Part shown: one piece after another, positions 36,343 to 46,579 of the stretch | Layout of the letters: each line of letters opens with the position of its first letter | Numbering within the stretch: the first letter of the stretch is position 1 | Made by a program: the position numbers and the translations under genes | Notes under the pieces: generated by a model | What the model saw: the letters and a program-made list of their open reading frames with translations, nothing else | Database searches by the model: none | What the model was told of the DNA's origin: nothing | Assembly (NCBI GenBank): GCA_949948745.1 | Contig: CATLHA010000002.1 | Location: 11,195-75,194, forward strand | DNA: 64,000 nt | Direction: 5' to 3' | DNA from: an uncultured Bacillales bacterium | GTDB lineage: Bacteria > Bacillota_I > Bacilli_A > RF39 > UBA660

Positions 36343-38976
36343 TTATACTCTAGATTTAACTACAGCCTGTGCAGCAGCAAGTCTTGCTAATGGTACACGA
36401 TATGGACTACATGATACATAAGTTAGACCTATTTCATGACAGAATTCTACAGTTGATGGATCTCCTCCATGTTCACCACAAATACCAAGTTTGATATTTG
36501 GTCTTGTTGCTTTTCCCTTTTCAATTGCAATCTTCATTAATTGTCCAACACCTTCTTGATCAACTTTAGCAAATGGATCACTTTCAAAAATAGCTTTAGA
36601 ATAATAATCTTCTAAGAATTTACCAGCATCATCTCTACTAAATCCATAAGTCATTTGTGTTAAATCATTCGTTCCAAATGAGAAGAATTCAGCATCTTCA
36701 GCAATTTTATCAGCAGTTAATGCAGCACGAGGAATTTCAATCATTGTACCAACTGAATATTTTAATTCTACTCCTTGTTCTTTAATAATTGCATCTGCAG
36801 TTTCACATACAATATTCTTAACATATTTTAATTCTTTTGTATCTCCTACTAATGGTATCATAATTTCAGGTTCTACATTAAGACCATCTTTATTTACATT
36901 GATAGCAGCTTCAATAACAGCCCTTGTTTGCATTCTTGCAATTTCTGGATAAGTAACTGCTAAACGACATCCACGATGTCCCATCATTGGATTAAATTCT
37001 TTCAATGATTCTACTCTAGACTTTAATGCCTCAAATGTCATTCCTAAACTTTCAGCAAGTGGAGCGATTTCTTCATCTGTATGAGGTAAGAATTCATGTA
37101 GAGGTGGATCTAAGAAACGAATTGTAACTCCATATCCATCCATAACTCTAAATAATCCCTCAAAGTCATCTCTTTGATATGGAAGAATCTTTTCTAATGC
37201 TTCTTCTCTTGCCTCTACTGTTTCAGCAGTAATCATACGACGGAAATTGAAAATTCTTTCTTCTTCAAAGAACATGTGTTCTGTACGACAAAGACCAATT
37301 CCCTCAGCTCCAAAATCACGAGCTACTTGAGCATCTTTTGGATTATCAGCATTTGTTCTAACTTTTAATTTACGAACACTATCAGCCCATCCCATAAATG
37401 TTTCGAAATCTCCAACAATTTCAGGAGCAACTGTTTTAATTTGTTCTCCATAAACATTACCAGTAGAACCATCTAAACTCATCCAGTCACCTTCAGAAAA
37501 AGTACGTCCATCTTTTGTAGTAACTGTTTTCTTTTCTTCATCGATTCTTAATTCACCACATCCAGAAACACAGCAAGTTCCCATACCACGAGCAACTACT
37601 GCAGCATGACTTGTCATTCCTCCACGAATAGTTAAAATACCATGGGCTAAGTTCATTCCTTCAATATCCTCTGGTGAAGTTTCTAAACGAACTAATAATA
37701 AATCTTTTTCTCCTGCTTCATGTGCTTTCATAACATCTTCAGCAGTAAAATAAATTTTACCTGTAGCAGCTCCTGGAGATGCAGCTAAACCTTTTGCGAT
37801 TACTTCAGCAGCTTTTAAACTATCTTGATCAAAGTTTGGATGTAATAATTGATCTAATTGTTTTGGTTCAACTTTAAGTAATGCTTCTTCTTTGGTAAGC
37901 ATTCCTTCATTTACTAAATCAACGGCAATTTTAAGTGCAGCACTTGCAGTTCTTTTTCCATTTCTTGTTTGAAGCATGAAAAGTTTCCCATCTTCAATTG
38001 TAAATTCCATATCTTGCATATCACGATAATGATTTTCCAAAATATTACAGATTTTTACAAATTCTTCATAACATTCAGGCATTGTTTCTTTTAAGGTATC
38101 AATTGGTTGTGGTGTACGAATACCAGCAACAACATCTTCTCCTTGTGCATTCATTAAGTATTCACCAAATAATGCTTTTTCTCCAGTTGCTGGATTTCTT
38201 GTAAATGCAACACCTGTTCCAGAAGTTTCCCCACGGTTACCATAAACCATCTCTTGAACATTTACTGCAGTTCCCCAACTACCTGGAATATCATTAAGTC
38301 TACGATAAGTAATCGCACGATCATTATTCCAACTTCTAAATACAGCTTTAATAGCTTCCATCATTTGAACACGAGGGTCTTGTGGGAATTCTACTCCTGC
38401 ATGCTTTTTATATTCTTCCTTATAAATATTAACAACTTCCATCAAATCTTCCGCTGTTAATTCTGTATCATATGTAACATTCTTCTCCTCTTTGATTTTA
38501 TCAAAAAGTCTTTCAAAAGAGCTCTTAGGGAATCCCATAACAACATCTGCAAACATTTGAATGAATCTACGATAAGAATCATATACAAATCTTGGATTAT
38601 TTGTTACTTTACTAAATCCTTCAGCAACATCATCATTCATACCTAGGTTTAAAACTGTATCCATCATACCTGGCATACTAGCTCTAGCTCCACTACGAAC
38701 AGATACTAATAAAGGATTTTCTTTATCTCCTAGTTTCTTTCCTGTAATTTTCTCTAGTTCTTCTACTTTTTCTTCAATTTCTTGTACAATTTCAGAAGCA
38801 ATTTCTTTTCCATCTTCATAATATCTAGTACAAGCTTCAGTAGTTACTGTAAATCCTCTTGGTACTGGAAGTCCTATTCCTGTCATTTCTGCTAGGTTAG
38901 CACCTTTTCCACCAAGTAGATTACGCATATCTTTATTTCCTTCGCTAAATAAATAAACGTATTTCATCATCATCAT
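36343..38976 (-). CDS. ppdK: pyruvate, phosphate dikinase
   Basis: GGMTSHAAVVARGMG phosphohistidine motif and C-terminal PEP-utilising CGEHGGDP; ~875 aa. Which of the four tandem ATGs (MMMMKYVY) is the start is ambiguous. Confidence 0.9.
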   Translation of the reverse strand: MMMMKYVYLFSEGNKDMRNLLGGKGANLAEMTGIGLPVPRGFTVTTEACTRYYEDGKEIASEIVQEIEEKVEELEKITGKKLGDKENPLLVSVRSGARASMPGMMDTVLNLGMNDDVAEGFSKVTNNPRFVYDSYRRFIQMFADVVMGFPKSSFERLFDKIKEEKNVTYDTELTAEDLMEVVNIYKEEYKKHAGVEFPQDPRVQMMEAIKAVFRSWNNDRAITYRRLNDIPGSWGTAVNVQEMVYGNRGETSGTGVAFTRNPATGEKALFGEYLMNAQGEDVVAGIRTPQPIDTLKETMPECYEEFVKICNILENHYRDMQDMEFTIEDGKLFMLQTRNGKRTASAALKIAVDLVNEGMLTKEEALLKVEPKQLDQLLHPNFDQDSLKAAEVIAKGLAASPGAATGKIYFTAEDVMKAHEAGEKDLLLVRLETSPEDIEGMNLAHGILTIRGGMTSHAAVVARGMGTCCVSGCGELRIDEEKKTVTTKDGRTFSEGDWMSLDGSTGNVYGEQIKTVAPEIVGDFETFMGWADSVRKLKVRTNADNPKDAQVARDFGAEGIGLCRTEHMFFEEERIFNFRRMITAETVEAREEALEKILPYQRDDFEGLFRVMDGYGVTIRFLDPPLHEFLPHTDEEIAPLAESLGMTFEALKSRVESLKEFNPMMGHRGCRLAVTYPEIARMQTRAVIEAAINVNKDGLNVEPEIMIPLVGDTKELKYVKNIVCETADAIIKEQGVELKYSVGTMIEIPRAALTADKIAEDAEFFSFGTNDLTQMTYGFSRDDAGKFLEDYYSKAIFESDPFAKVDQEGVGQLMKIAIEKGKATRPNIKLGICGEHGGDPSTVEFCHEIGLTYVSCSPYRVPLARLAAAQAVVKSRV

Positions 38977-39099
38977 CCTCTCTATCTACTGACTCTTTTA
39001 GTATAAAAGAAAAAAGGAAAGAAAAGCAAGGAAAAAAACACTTTTTTTAACTCTTTTTAGTTTCTTTACAAAAAGACAAAAGAAGAAAAAGAAAAAGAA

Positions 39100-39468
39100 T
39101 CAGTTTTTATGAACCAATTCTTTTCCCATTTCCCAACTACGGAAGAAAATGCATTCCAAATAATCATTAAATTTAATTTCATAGATTCCATTAAAAGAGA
39201 AAGAATCCCTTTCAAAAATCCAATTGACAATCAAAGTATTTCTATCGATTGCCAAAATAAGAAATTCAATCTTTTTGATATTTTGATTTTTAATATGCTG
39301 CCATTCTTTTTGAATTTCTTCAAATGTAGTATAACCTTCGACAAAAGGAGTTTCTTGATAATAAGTAGTTTTCTTAAATAAATTCGTTGCTTTTTCTATA
39401 TTTTTTTCAAACCAACCCATTTTTAATTCTTCCAACCATTTACATGCAAATTCATAAGTTAATTTCAT
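39100..39468 (-). CDS. hypothetical protein (122 aa)
   Basis: ORF with a TGA stop; overlaps the recombinase gene by 17 nt. Confidence 0.5.
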   Translation of the reverse strand: MKLTYEFACKWLEELKMGWFEKNIEKATNLFKKTTYYQETPFVEGYTTFEEIQKEWQHIKNQNIKKIEFLILAIDRNTLIVNWIFERDSFSFNGIYEIKFNDYLECIFFRSWEMGKELVHKN

Positions 39469-40405
39469 CTTGTTTTCTTTCCTTTCTAGCCCTCGGATGA
39501 GTTTTTAAATAAACATCTTTTAATCGATTACTTGTAATATGTGTATAGATACTAGTAGTTGTCAGACTTTCATGTCCTAAAAGTTGTTGAACAGAAAGTA
39601 AATCACACCCTTCATTCAATAAATGAGTCGCAAAACTATGTCGAATCATATGAGGAGAAATATTTTTATTAATTGATGTCTTTTGTATAATCTCCTCTAA
39701 TACTTGTTGCACCCTTCTAGTTGTTAATTTTCCTCCTCTACGATTTAAAAATAAATAAGGAGATTGATTCATATCCAAGACTTTTCTACCACTTTCTATA
39801 TAATTATTCATTTTTCTTAAAGCAACATCATTAAAATAAACCTTTCTCATCTTGCTTCCTTTTCCTAGAATACGAATAGACTTTTCACTAATAGAAATAT
39901 CTTTTATTTGAATATTTATAAGTTCACTAACACGTACACCTGTTGCATAAAGCATTTCCAAAATCACGGAATCTCTCTGTCCTAATGGCGTAGAACAATC
40001 TGGTACTAAAAACATCTTTTCTAGTTCACTATATTCAAAATACTTAGGAAGCCTCTTCTCCTTCTTTGGTAAAACCAATAAAGAAAAAGACTCATTAGAT
40101 ACAATTTTTTGATTCGCTAAATAGCGATAAAAACTACGAATACAGGAAATTTTTCTAGAAACAGTAGTAGCTTTTTCATGATTTTCTTCATATAAATAAA
40201 GCAAATATTCCTTTGCATTCTGATAATTTATATTTAAATAAGAATAATGGTGAAAATTACAGAAACCTAAAAACTCTATTAAATCTTCCCTATAACTAGC
40301 AATAGTATCAACAGAATAGTTTTTTTGAATCCTTAAATATTCAAAAAAAGAATCTAATTCCTTTTGCTCCATATAATAATTACGATAAGAAAACTTACTT
40401 TCCAT
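39452..40405 (-). CDS. tyrosine site-specific recombinase, XerC/XerD family
   Basis: N-terminal core-binding domain (…SVDTIASYREDLIEFL…) and C-terminal RHSFATHLLNEGCDLLSVQQLLGHESLTTTSIYTHI with the catalytic Tyr. Confidence 0.8.
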   Translation of the reverse strand: MESKFSYRNYYMEQKELDSFFEYLRIQKNYSVDTIASYREDLIEFLGFCNFHHYSYLNINYQNAKEYLLYLYEENHEKATTVSRKISCIRSFYRYLANQKIVSNESFSLLVLPKKEKRLPKYFEYSELEKMFLVPDCSTPLGQRDSVILEMLYATGVRVSELINIQIKDISISEKSIRILGKGSKMRKVYFNDVALRKMNNYIESGRKVLDMNQSPYLFLNRRGGKLTTRRVQQVLEEIIQKTSINKNISPHMIRHSFATHLLNEGCDLLSVQQLLGHESLTTTSIYTHITSNRLKDVYLKTHPRARKERKQDEINL

Positions 40406-41174
40406 AATAATTTCCCATTTCCTCTATCTCTTCTGAATCTAAAAATTCTTCTTTTTCATTATCCATATCATCTACATAAATTTGCTTATATCCTGCATAA
40501 ATAGAAGAAACTTCTTTATCTAGTTGAAAAGTACTAGATAAAAATTTATTTGTTTGCGGTTTCAATTTGGTAACAGGTTTAATTCCATGGTAAACAGAAT
40601 TTATCCTTCTATCCAAATGATTTCTATACACACACAAAGAACGATAAGTCTTATAATCCATTAACTCTTTTAGAATACTATCTTCTAATAATTTTTTTTG
40701 ATGCATGTCTTCTTCGCTATCTGAAAAACTACACAAGTATTTATTTACTAACCGAGAAAATTTATTACGATATTGATAATATTGTAAGAAATTCTTACCT
40801 CCATTCTCAAAATCCTGGAAAAGAAATCTCCTCATATCAGAAACACCAGAGGCATCAGAAAGATTTTTGATTCTTAAAGATTGTTTATCATCAACAACTC
40901 CATTGATTACAGATTCTAAAAAAGGATTTTGAAACATTACAGAGTAACTATAATCCTTTCCTTTAATTGAAATTCTAAAGGATGAAATCATTTGAATATC
41001 CCTTTGATCTAAATAATTTTCTAAACTATGAATAAAATCCCACTTACTATATACATTGGTAAACTTATCAATTTCTAATAAACTAGGCGCATTTGATACT
41101 AAAAAATTTAAATTAATTGTTTTTTCATCATTTAATACTGCTTCTAATATATATGTAGCCATCATAAACACCAC
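40395..41174 (-). CDS. hypothetical protein (259 aa)
   Basis: ORF translationally coupled to the recombinase gene. Confidence 0.5.
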   Translation of the reverse strand: MVFMMATYILEAVLNDEKTINLNFLVSNAPSLLEIDKFTNVYSKWDFIHSLENYLDQRDIQMISSFRISIKGKDYSYSVMFQNPFLESVINGVVDDKQSLRIKNLSDASGVSDMRRFLFQDFENGGKNFLQYYQYRNKFSRLVNKYLCSFSDSEEDMHQKKLLEDSILKELMDYKTYRSLCVYRNHLDRRINSVYHGIKPVTKLKPQTNKFLSSTFQLDKEVSSIYAGYKQIYVDDMDNEKEEFLDSEEIEEMGNYYGK

Positions 41175-41236
41175 CCTATTAAAATCATTGTAACAAACTA
41201 GTTTTCATTTGTAAATTAAAGAAAAGACGATTGGCA

Positions 41237-43318
41237 TTACTTAACACCAATCATCTTACATTTATCTGTAACCAATTCTTTTCTTAAAATATTCATCTCC
41301 TCTTTTGTATATCCAGAATAAGGAGTATAAATCAAAGATCTAATTACCTTTTCTAAAATAGGGAGATTTTCCTCATGACTTAACACTTCAAAATTGCGTA
41401 AAAAGCGATTTCTAGAAACTGGAATTCCTGAAATTGAATATAAGGAATCACCAATTAAATATTTAGAATCCAATTCTCTTATAATAGGCATAGAAAGTGT
41501 TTCAGAAGAAATTGTTAATCTAGAGTTATTTTCTAAAATATCATCAGAAGATAAGCAATAATCATCTTCAAAATACTGATTGATATCAGAAACAGGAAAT
41601 ACATCGTCCATAAAACAGTTGATAGGTATTTCTCCTTCTACTAAATATCCAATTTCTCTCATTAATCGAATTCTTTTCCCTACAAATTTATTTTGTTCTG
41701 TCAACAAACAAGGATTCTCTCTAATAAAGTTTAAAAATCCCAATTCGATAAATTCATCGTATAAATCAAAAGATTGATCATATAAAAGATAATTATAATC
41801 ATTCATTGAATTAGAATAAAAAGAAGTTTCATAATACTCATGCAAATTTAATCGTTCTTTTAACTTTTCAAAATCTTCTAAAAATATAGAAAATGTTCTC
41901 TTAGACACATCCTTTGCTGAAATACCCTTCCCTTCTAGTAAACTAGAATTTCTTTCGAATTGATTAAAATTATCAGAATGAACATCAAAGTATTCAATAT
42001 GCTCACTTAATATTTTAACAGTTAAATATTTTCTTTTTAAATAATATTCTATCTTTGAAATTCTATTTATTGATGTAGTAGTTAAAATTTGAAAATAGAA
42101 AGGCTTCCAGTTAAAAGTACTATTTTCTAATAATAGGATCATTTCTTTTATCTTCTCTAAGGAACAAATAGAAGTCATTTTTTGTTTCTCACTATCAGAA
42201 AGTGTTTCTGGATGACAATGATATTGATTAAGTAATGCACATAACTGTTCAAAATCATTTTTCTTATACTTGTATAATTTTCTTTTCCATTTTCTTTCTC
42301 CTTTTAAATTAACCTCCTGCATTTTTAACAGTATTTGCTTTTGTAAATTTTTGTTTTTTAATTTAACAATAGAAGAAGATAAAGGATAGAATTCTTCATT
42401 CTTGGACAATAATTGTATAATACTAGTTAAATGAGAAATCTGCGCATATAATTCCTTTCGTTCTTTAGAAAACAAATTTTCATTTTCCTGACACATTACA
42501 AAAAAATGATAAACTGGTTCTAACTTCCTCCACATATTCTGATATTCATTAAAATCCTCTGCTAATTGAGTAATTTTTGAATCATTCACATCATTACAAA
42601 CAACAATTAGTTGACTTCCTGATTTATCAAATTTTATTTTATTCTGCTTAAGCATTAGATTTAATTGTTCTATACAAGAATTATATTTTGTAATCACTCC
42701 TAAAAAACCTTTAAAGATAGAATACTCTTCTTTTAATTTTTCAAAAACAGTAGAAAATAAAATTAAAAAAGTAAAAAGCCTTTGAATTCCATCTACAGTT
42801 GTCTTTTTATTTTGAAAATCTTTTAAATCTTCAAAAGCATTAACAAAATTATTTTTAATTAAAACTGCTAAAACAATTTTTAAATCATAATCCTTATTTT
42901 TATCTTCCACTTGATGATTTTCCTCTAAAAAGGTATCTATATCAATTGAAATAAGAGATTCCATTTGATCTTCTTTTAAAAATTCTTCAATACCAGATAT
43001 ATAATTATCCAATATGTCTTTATCTAACTGCTCTATCCCATAAAACAATTGAAACCAAATAATTTCAGGCTTATCATCAATGTACGGTGCTAAGTCATCC
43101 ATAATTTCCGAAATTAAAAACCATTTTTCAAAAGGAATATATAAATAAAAATATATTTTAAATAATTCAGACACTTTTAATATTGGGAAATCTTTATTGA
43201 AAGACGGATTTACAATATTTTTAATTTTCTCTTCAATTCTTAAACACTCATCAATCGCACCTATTTCATATTGATATTCTACTTTTTGAGCCAAAATTTT
43301 ACTTATTACTTTTTGCAT
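41237..43318 (-). CDS. hypothetical protein (693 aa)
   Basis: Long ORF with no recognisable motif. Confidence 0.55.
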   Translation of the reverse strand: MQKVISKILAQKVEYQYEIGAIDECLRIEEKIKNIVNPSFNKDFPILKVSELFKIYFYLYIPFEKWFLISEIMDDLAPYIDDKPEIIWFQLFYGIEQLDKDILDNYISGIEEFLKEDQMESLISIDIDTFLEENHQVEDKNKDYDLKIVLAVLIKNNFVNAFEDLKDFQNKKTTVDGIQRLFTFLILFSTVFEKLKEEYSIFKGFLGVITKYNSCIEQLNLMLKQNKIKFDKSGSQLIVVCNDVNDSKITQLAEDFNEYQNMWRKLEPVYHFFVMCQENENLFSKERKELYAQISHLTSIIQLLSKNEEFYPLSSSIVKLKNKNLQKQILLKMQEVNLKGERKWKRKLYKYKKNDFEQLCALLNQYHCHPETLSDSEKQKMTSICSLEKIKEMILLLENSTFNWKPFYFQILTTTSINRISKIEYYLKRKYLTVKILSEHIEYFDVHSDNFNQFERNSSLLEGKGISAKDVSKRTFSIFLEDFEKLKERLNLHEYYETSFYSNSMNDYNYLLYDQSFDLYDEFIELGFLNFIRENPCLLTEQNKFVGKRIRLMREIGYLVEGEIPINCFMDDVFPVSDINQYFEDDYCLSSDDILENNSRLTISSETLSMPIIRELDSKYLIGDSLYSISGIPVSRNRFLRNFEVLSHEENLPILEKVIRSLIYTPYSGYTKEEMNILRKELVTDKCKMIGVK

Positions 43319-44313
43319 TTCGCATCACCACCAATATTATCTTTTTGGTTTCGATCTAATAGAGAAAAAATCTGTTCTTCAAATAGTTTCTGCCTACTTA
43401 AATACTCTATATTCTCTTCTTCCAAACATTTATAAATTTGTTTTGACTGTTTATTATAAGAATCCTCTCTATTTTGAAGATTAATACGAAGTTCTTTTTC
43501 CCATAAACATTTTTTAACAAAAGCAGTTAATACACAATAATAATTTTTATAAACTCTAGTAAATACAACACGACTTGCACCATCCTTTACTTCAAATAAA
43601 GATGTATTAGTTTGAAGTTTTCTTAAACTGGGGAAAACTCCCTCTTCTAAATATCGAAATAGTTTCATAAATGAAGAATAGGATTCCAAAGGAATATCAT
43701 TTGATTTTAAATCAGATAATACGCAAGCTTTATTAGAAATAGTTTCCAAATATACAAGAGAGTTTTTTTGACACTCCTTTACATCTTTAGATTCAAAGCT
43801 AGGAGCCATATATTCATGAATCCAAGCTATTTTGGATTTAATAGATTCTATCTCCTTCAAAATATATTCATGTTCTTCCCCTTCAAAATCATCTAAAATA
43901 AAACTATAATCTTTTTTTTCTTTTGCAAGTGCATACAAAATTTTAGAAAGATAATAAAAACTATTATCTTCTTTAATAGAAGGTAAATAATGATAGAACT
44001 CTTCTCTTGATTGAATATTACTAGAAAAGATTAAATCTAAATAAAATTGAAGTTTCTCACAGTTTTCTGAATCTTTCTCTTCTTCTATCTGATCATCCTC
44101 AAAAACCTTTTCTTCTTCACTAGAAATAAAATCAGGTAAATTACTTATTGATAGTAATTTACTAATCTTTTCCTGTTCTATACATTGTTTTTGTAAAGAT
44201 ATCCCTTTCTTATAGCCTTCCACAACACCAAGTTGAAGATTAGAAATTAAAGAACTAGATACTTCTTTAGATTCACTCTTCAAAGAAGAATATAATTGAT
44301 TCCAAGTTCGCAT
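43306..44313 (-). CDS. hypothetical protein (335 aa)
   Basis: ORF; overlaps the 693-aa gene by 13 nt. Confidence 0.5.
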   Translation of the reverse strand: MRTWNQLYSSLKSESKEVSSSLISNLQLGVVEGYKKGISLQKQCIEQEKISKLLSISNLPDFISSEEEKVFEDDQIEEEKDSENCEKLQFYLDLIFSSNIQSREEFYHYLPSIKEDNSFYYLSKILYALAKEKKDYSFILDDFEGEEHEYILKEIESIKSKIAWIHEYMAPSFESKDVKECQKNSLVYLETISNKACVLSDLKSNDIPLESYSSFMKLFRYLEEGVFPSLRKLQTNTSLFEVKDGASRVVFTRVYKNYYCVLTAFVKKCLWEKELRINLQNREDSYNKQSKQIYKCLEEENIEYLSRQKLFEEQIFSLLDRNQKDNIGGDAKCKK

Positions 44314-44382
44314 TCAAAATCACTCCCAAAAAAATTGTACTTATTATAACACAATGTATAAAAACACACAATAAAAGAGAGA

Positions 44383-46434
44383 TTACTCTCCCTTTGCATT
44401 TTTTTCATTTGTTTTACATTCTGAATTACTACATTTCACTTGACTATTTTTTTCAACTAGCAAACTACCACACTCTTTACAGATATCACCAGTTGGTATG
44501 TCCCAAGTAGCCACTTTACATTTTGGATAATTATTGCATCCATAAAATATTTTACCACGTTTTGTCTTTTTTTCTATGATTTGTCCCTTTTTACAAATAG
44601 GACAATCCATAATTATTTTCTCTTCTTTTAGTTCCTTCTTTATATATTTACATTCTGGATAATTACTACAAGCGGTAAATTCACCATATCTACCTTTTCG
44701 AATAACTAATGGACTTCCGCACTCTGGGCAAGTCTCTCCTGTTTCCTTTGGTGGAACTTTTTCCATTTCACCAAATGCTTTCTTAACAGTAGGTTCAAAT
44801 TTTTCATAGAAAGTTTCCAATACCTCCAAGGATTTTTCCTTTCCTTCTGCAATCTCATCTAAATCATGTTCCATCTGTGCTGTATATTTAACATTAATAA
44901 AATCTGAAAATCCTTCCTGTAATTTATCTGTAGTAATAATACCTATCTCAGTTGGCTTAAATTTCTTATCTATTACTTCTACATATCCGCGTGCTTTAAT
45001 TGTATCAACAATTGTTGCATAAGTAGATGGTCGACCGATTCCTAAATCTTCCAACTCCTTAATCAATTTTGCTTCACTGTAACGTGCTGGTGGAGATGTA
45101 AAATGTTGTTTAGACTCAACATCATCTGTCATAAAAGTTTTTTCACTCATCAGTTTTTCCGGTAATATTTTATCTTCACTATCTTCATAATCTGCGTATA
45201 GTTTTAAATAACCATCAAAAATTAGAACTTGACCATTTACTTTAAATTGATATTCATGATTATCTAAAATAACACTAGTTGCTCTAACTTTAGCATCACT
45301 CATTAAAGAAGATAAGGCTCTCGTATAAATGAAACGATATAGTTTATATTCATCAGGAGTTAGATATTGTTTCATCTCATTAGGGGTACGATTAATACTA
45401 GTTGGACGGATTGCTTCATGTGCATCTTGGATATTTTCATTTTTCTTTGACTTTTTTACATATCCAACATATTCTTTTCCATACTCTTTAAAAAGATATG
45501 CTTGTGCAGATGATACAAATTCATCACTCAAACGAACTGAATCTGTTCTCATATAAGTAATAAGTCCAACTGTTTCAGTTCCCAAATCAATACCTTCATA
45601 TAATTTTTGTGCCAAACTCATTGTCTTCTTTGCTGTAAATCCTAATTTTGTAGAAGCTTCCTGCTGTAAAGTAGATGTAATAAAGGGAGCCTTTCCTTTT
45701 TTATTCTTTTCTTTTTCTTCAACATTAATAACTGTATAAGTAGAATCAATAGATTTAAGAACAGAATCAACATCATCTTTAGTCTTTAATTCTATCTTTT
45801 TATTTTTATATTGAAATAATTCCGCCGAAAAATCATCAAATAGTGCAGTAATTGTCCAATATTCTTCTGGAATAAAAGCTTCTATTTCTCTTTCACGATC
45901 TACAATTAATTTCAGTGCCACACTTTGAACCCTTCCAGCAGACTTACCGCCTGTCTTTGACTGCATTAATTTACTCAAACGGAATCCTATAATACGATCT
46001 AAAATTCTTCTAGTTTCTTGACTATGAACTAAATCTTCATCAATCTTTCTTGTAGATAAAAATGCTTCTAATACTTTATCTTTTGTAATTTCATGAAACA
46101 ATACACGTTCATAATTATTATCTTTAATTCCTAATGTTTCTTTTAAATGCCATGAAATTGCTTCTCCTTCACGGTCAGGGTCGGTTGCTAGATAAACTTT
46201 GTCTGCTTCTTTTACATTTTTTTTAAGTTCAGAAACCAATTTTTTCTTTCCACTAATCAATATGTAATTAGGTTCAAAATGATTATCAACATCTACACCA
46301 AGACCATACTTACCAGTTGTTGCAAGATCTCTAATATGTCCAACAGATGCTACTACTTTATAATCTTTTCCTAAATATTTTTCTATAGTCTTACTTTTAC
46401 TAGGTGATTCCACAATTACCAATTTTTCTGCCAT
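44383..46434 (-). CDS. topA: DNA topoisomerase I
   Basis: Toprim plus Topo IA core (…YLATDPDREGEAI…) and C-terminal zinc ribbons (CPECGSPLV…, CPICKKG…, CKECGSLL…). Confidence 0.9.
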   Translation of the reverse strand: MAEKLVIVESPSKSKTIEKYLGKDYKVVASVGHIRDLATTGKYGLGVDVDNHFEPNYILISGKKKLVSELKKNVKEADKVYLATDPDREGEAISWHLKETLGIKDNNYERVLFHEITKDKVLEAFLSTRKIDEDLVHSQETRRILDRIIGFRLSKLMQSKTGGKSAGRVQSVALKLIVDREREIEAFIPEEYWTITALFDDFSAELFQYKNKKIELKTKDDVDSVLKSIDSTYTVINVEEKEKNKKGKAPFITSTLQQEASTKLGFTAKKTMSLAQKLYEGIDLGTETVGLITYMRTDSVRLSDEFVSSAQAYLFKEYGKEYVGYVKKSKKNENIQDAHEAIRPTSINRTPNEMKQYLTPDEYKLYRFIYTRALSSLMSDAKVRATSVILDNHEYQFKVNGQVLIFDGYLKLYADYEDSEDKILPEKLMSEKTFMTDDVESKQHFTSPPARYSEAKLIKELEDLGIGRPSTYATIVDTIKARGYVEVIDKKFKPTEIGIITTDKLQEGFSDFINVKYTAQMEHDLDEIAEGKEKSLEVLETFYEKFEPTVKKAFGEMEKVPPKETGETCPECGSPLVIRKGRYGEFTACSNYPECKYIKKELKEEKIIMDCPICKKGQIIEKKTKRGKIFYGCNNYPKCKVATWDIPTGDICKECGSLLVEKNSQVKCSNSECKTNEKNAKGE

Positions 46435-46461
46435 ACAAATTCGCTCCTTTGCTCTTTAACA

Positions 46462-46490
46462 TTTATACTAATTATTTTCTTTCTTGTCAA
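46462..46490 (-). promoter_or_regulatory. sigma-A promoter TTGACA-17-TATAAA for topA
   Basis: Minus-strand hexamers followed by SD AAAGGAG and the ATG. Confidence 0.55.
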
Positions 46491-46537
46491 TATTTATTCT
46501 TCTATAATTTAATTATACCAACTTTTTTACAGAAAAA

Positions 46538-46572
46538 AACAAAAAAAAGAAGTTAAAGTTTTTAACCTCTTA
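46538..46572 (-). terminator. terminator downstream of the vWA/DUF285 surface-protein gene
   Basis: GTTAAA-AAC-TTTAAC stem plus T8 on the minus strand. Confidence 0.45.
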
Positions 46573-46579
46573 ATTATAA

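Noticed and set aside
39452-40405. Phage or ICE integrase marking a mobile element
   Set aside because: The protein has the XerC/XerD-type N-terminal domain and sits next to topA as in the housekeeping xerC context. No tRNA, att repeats or phage genes were seen, but the coupled unknown genes keep this open (see findings).
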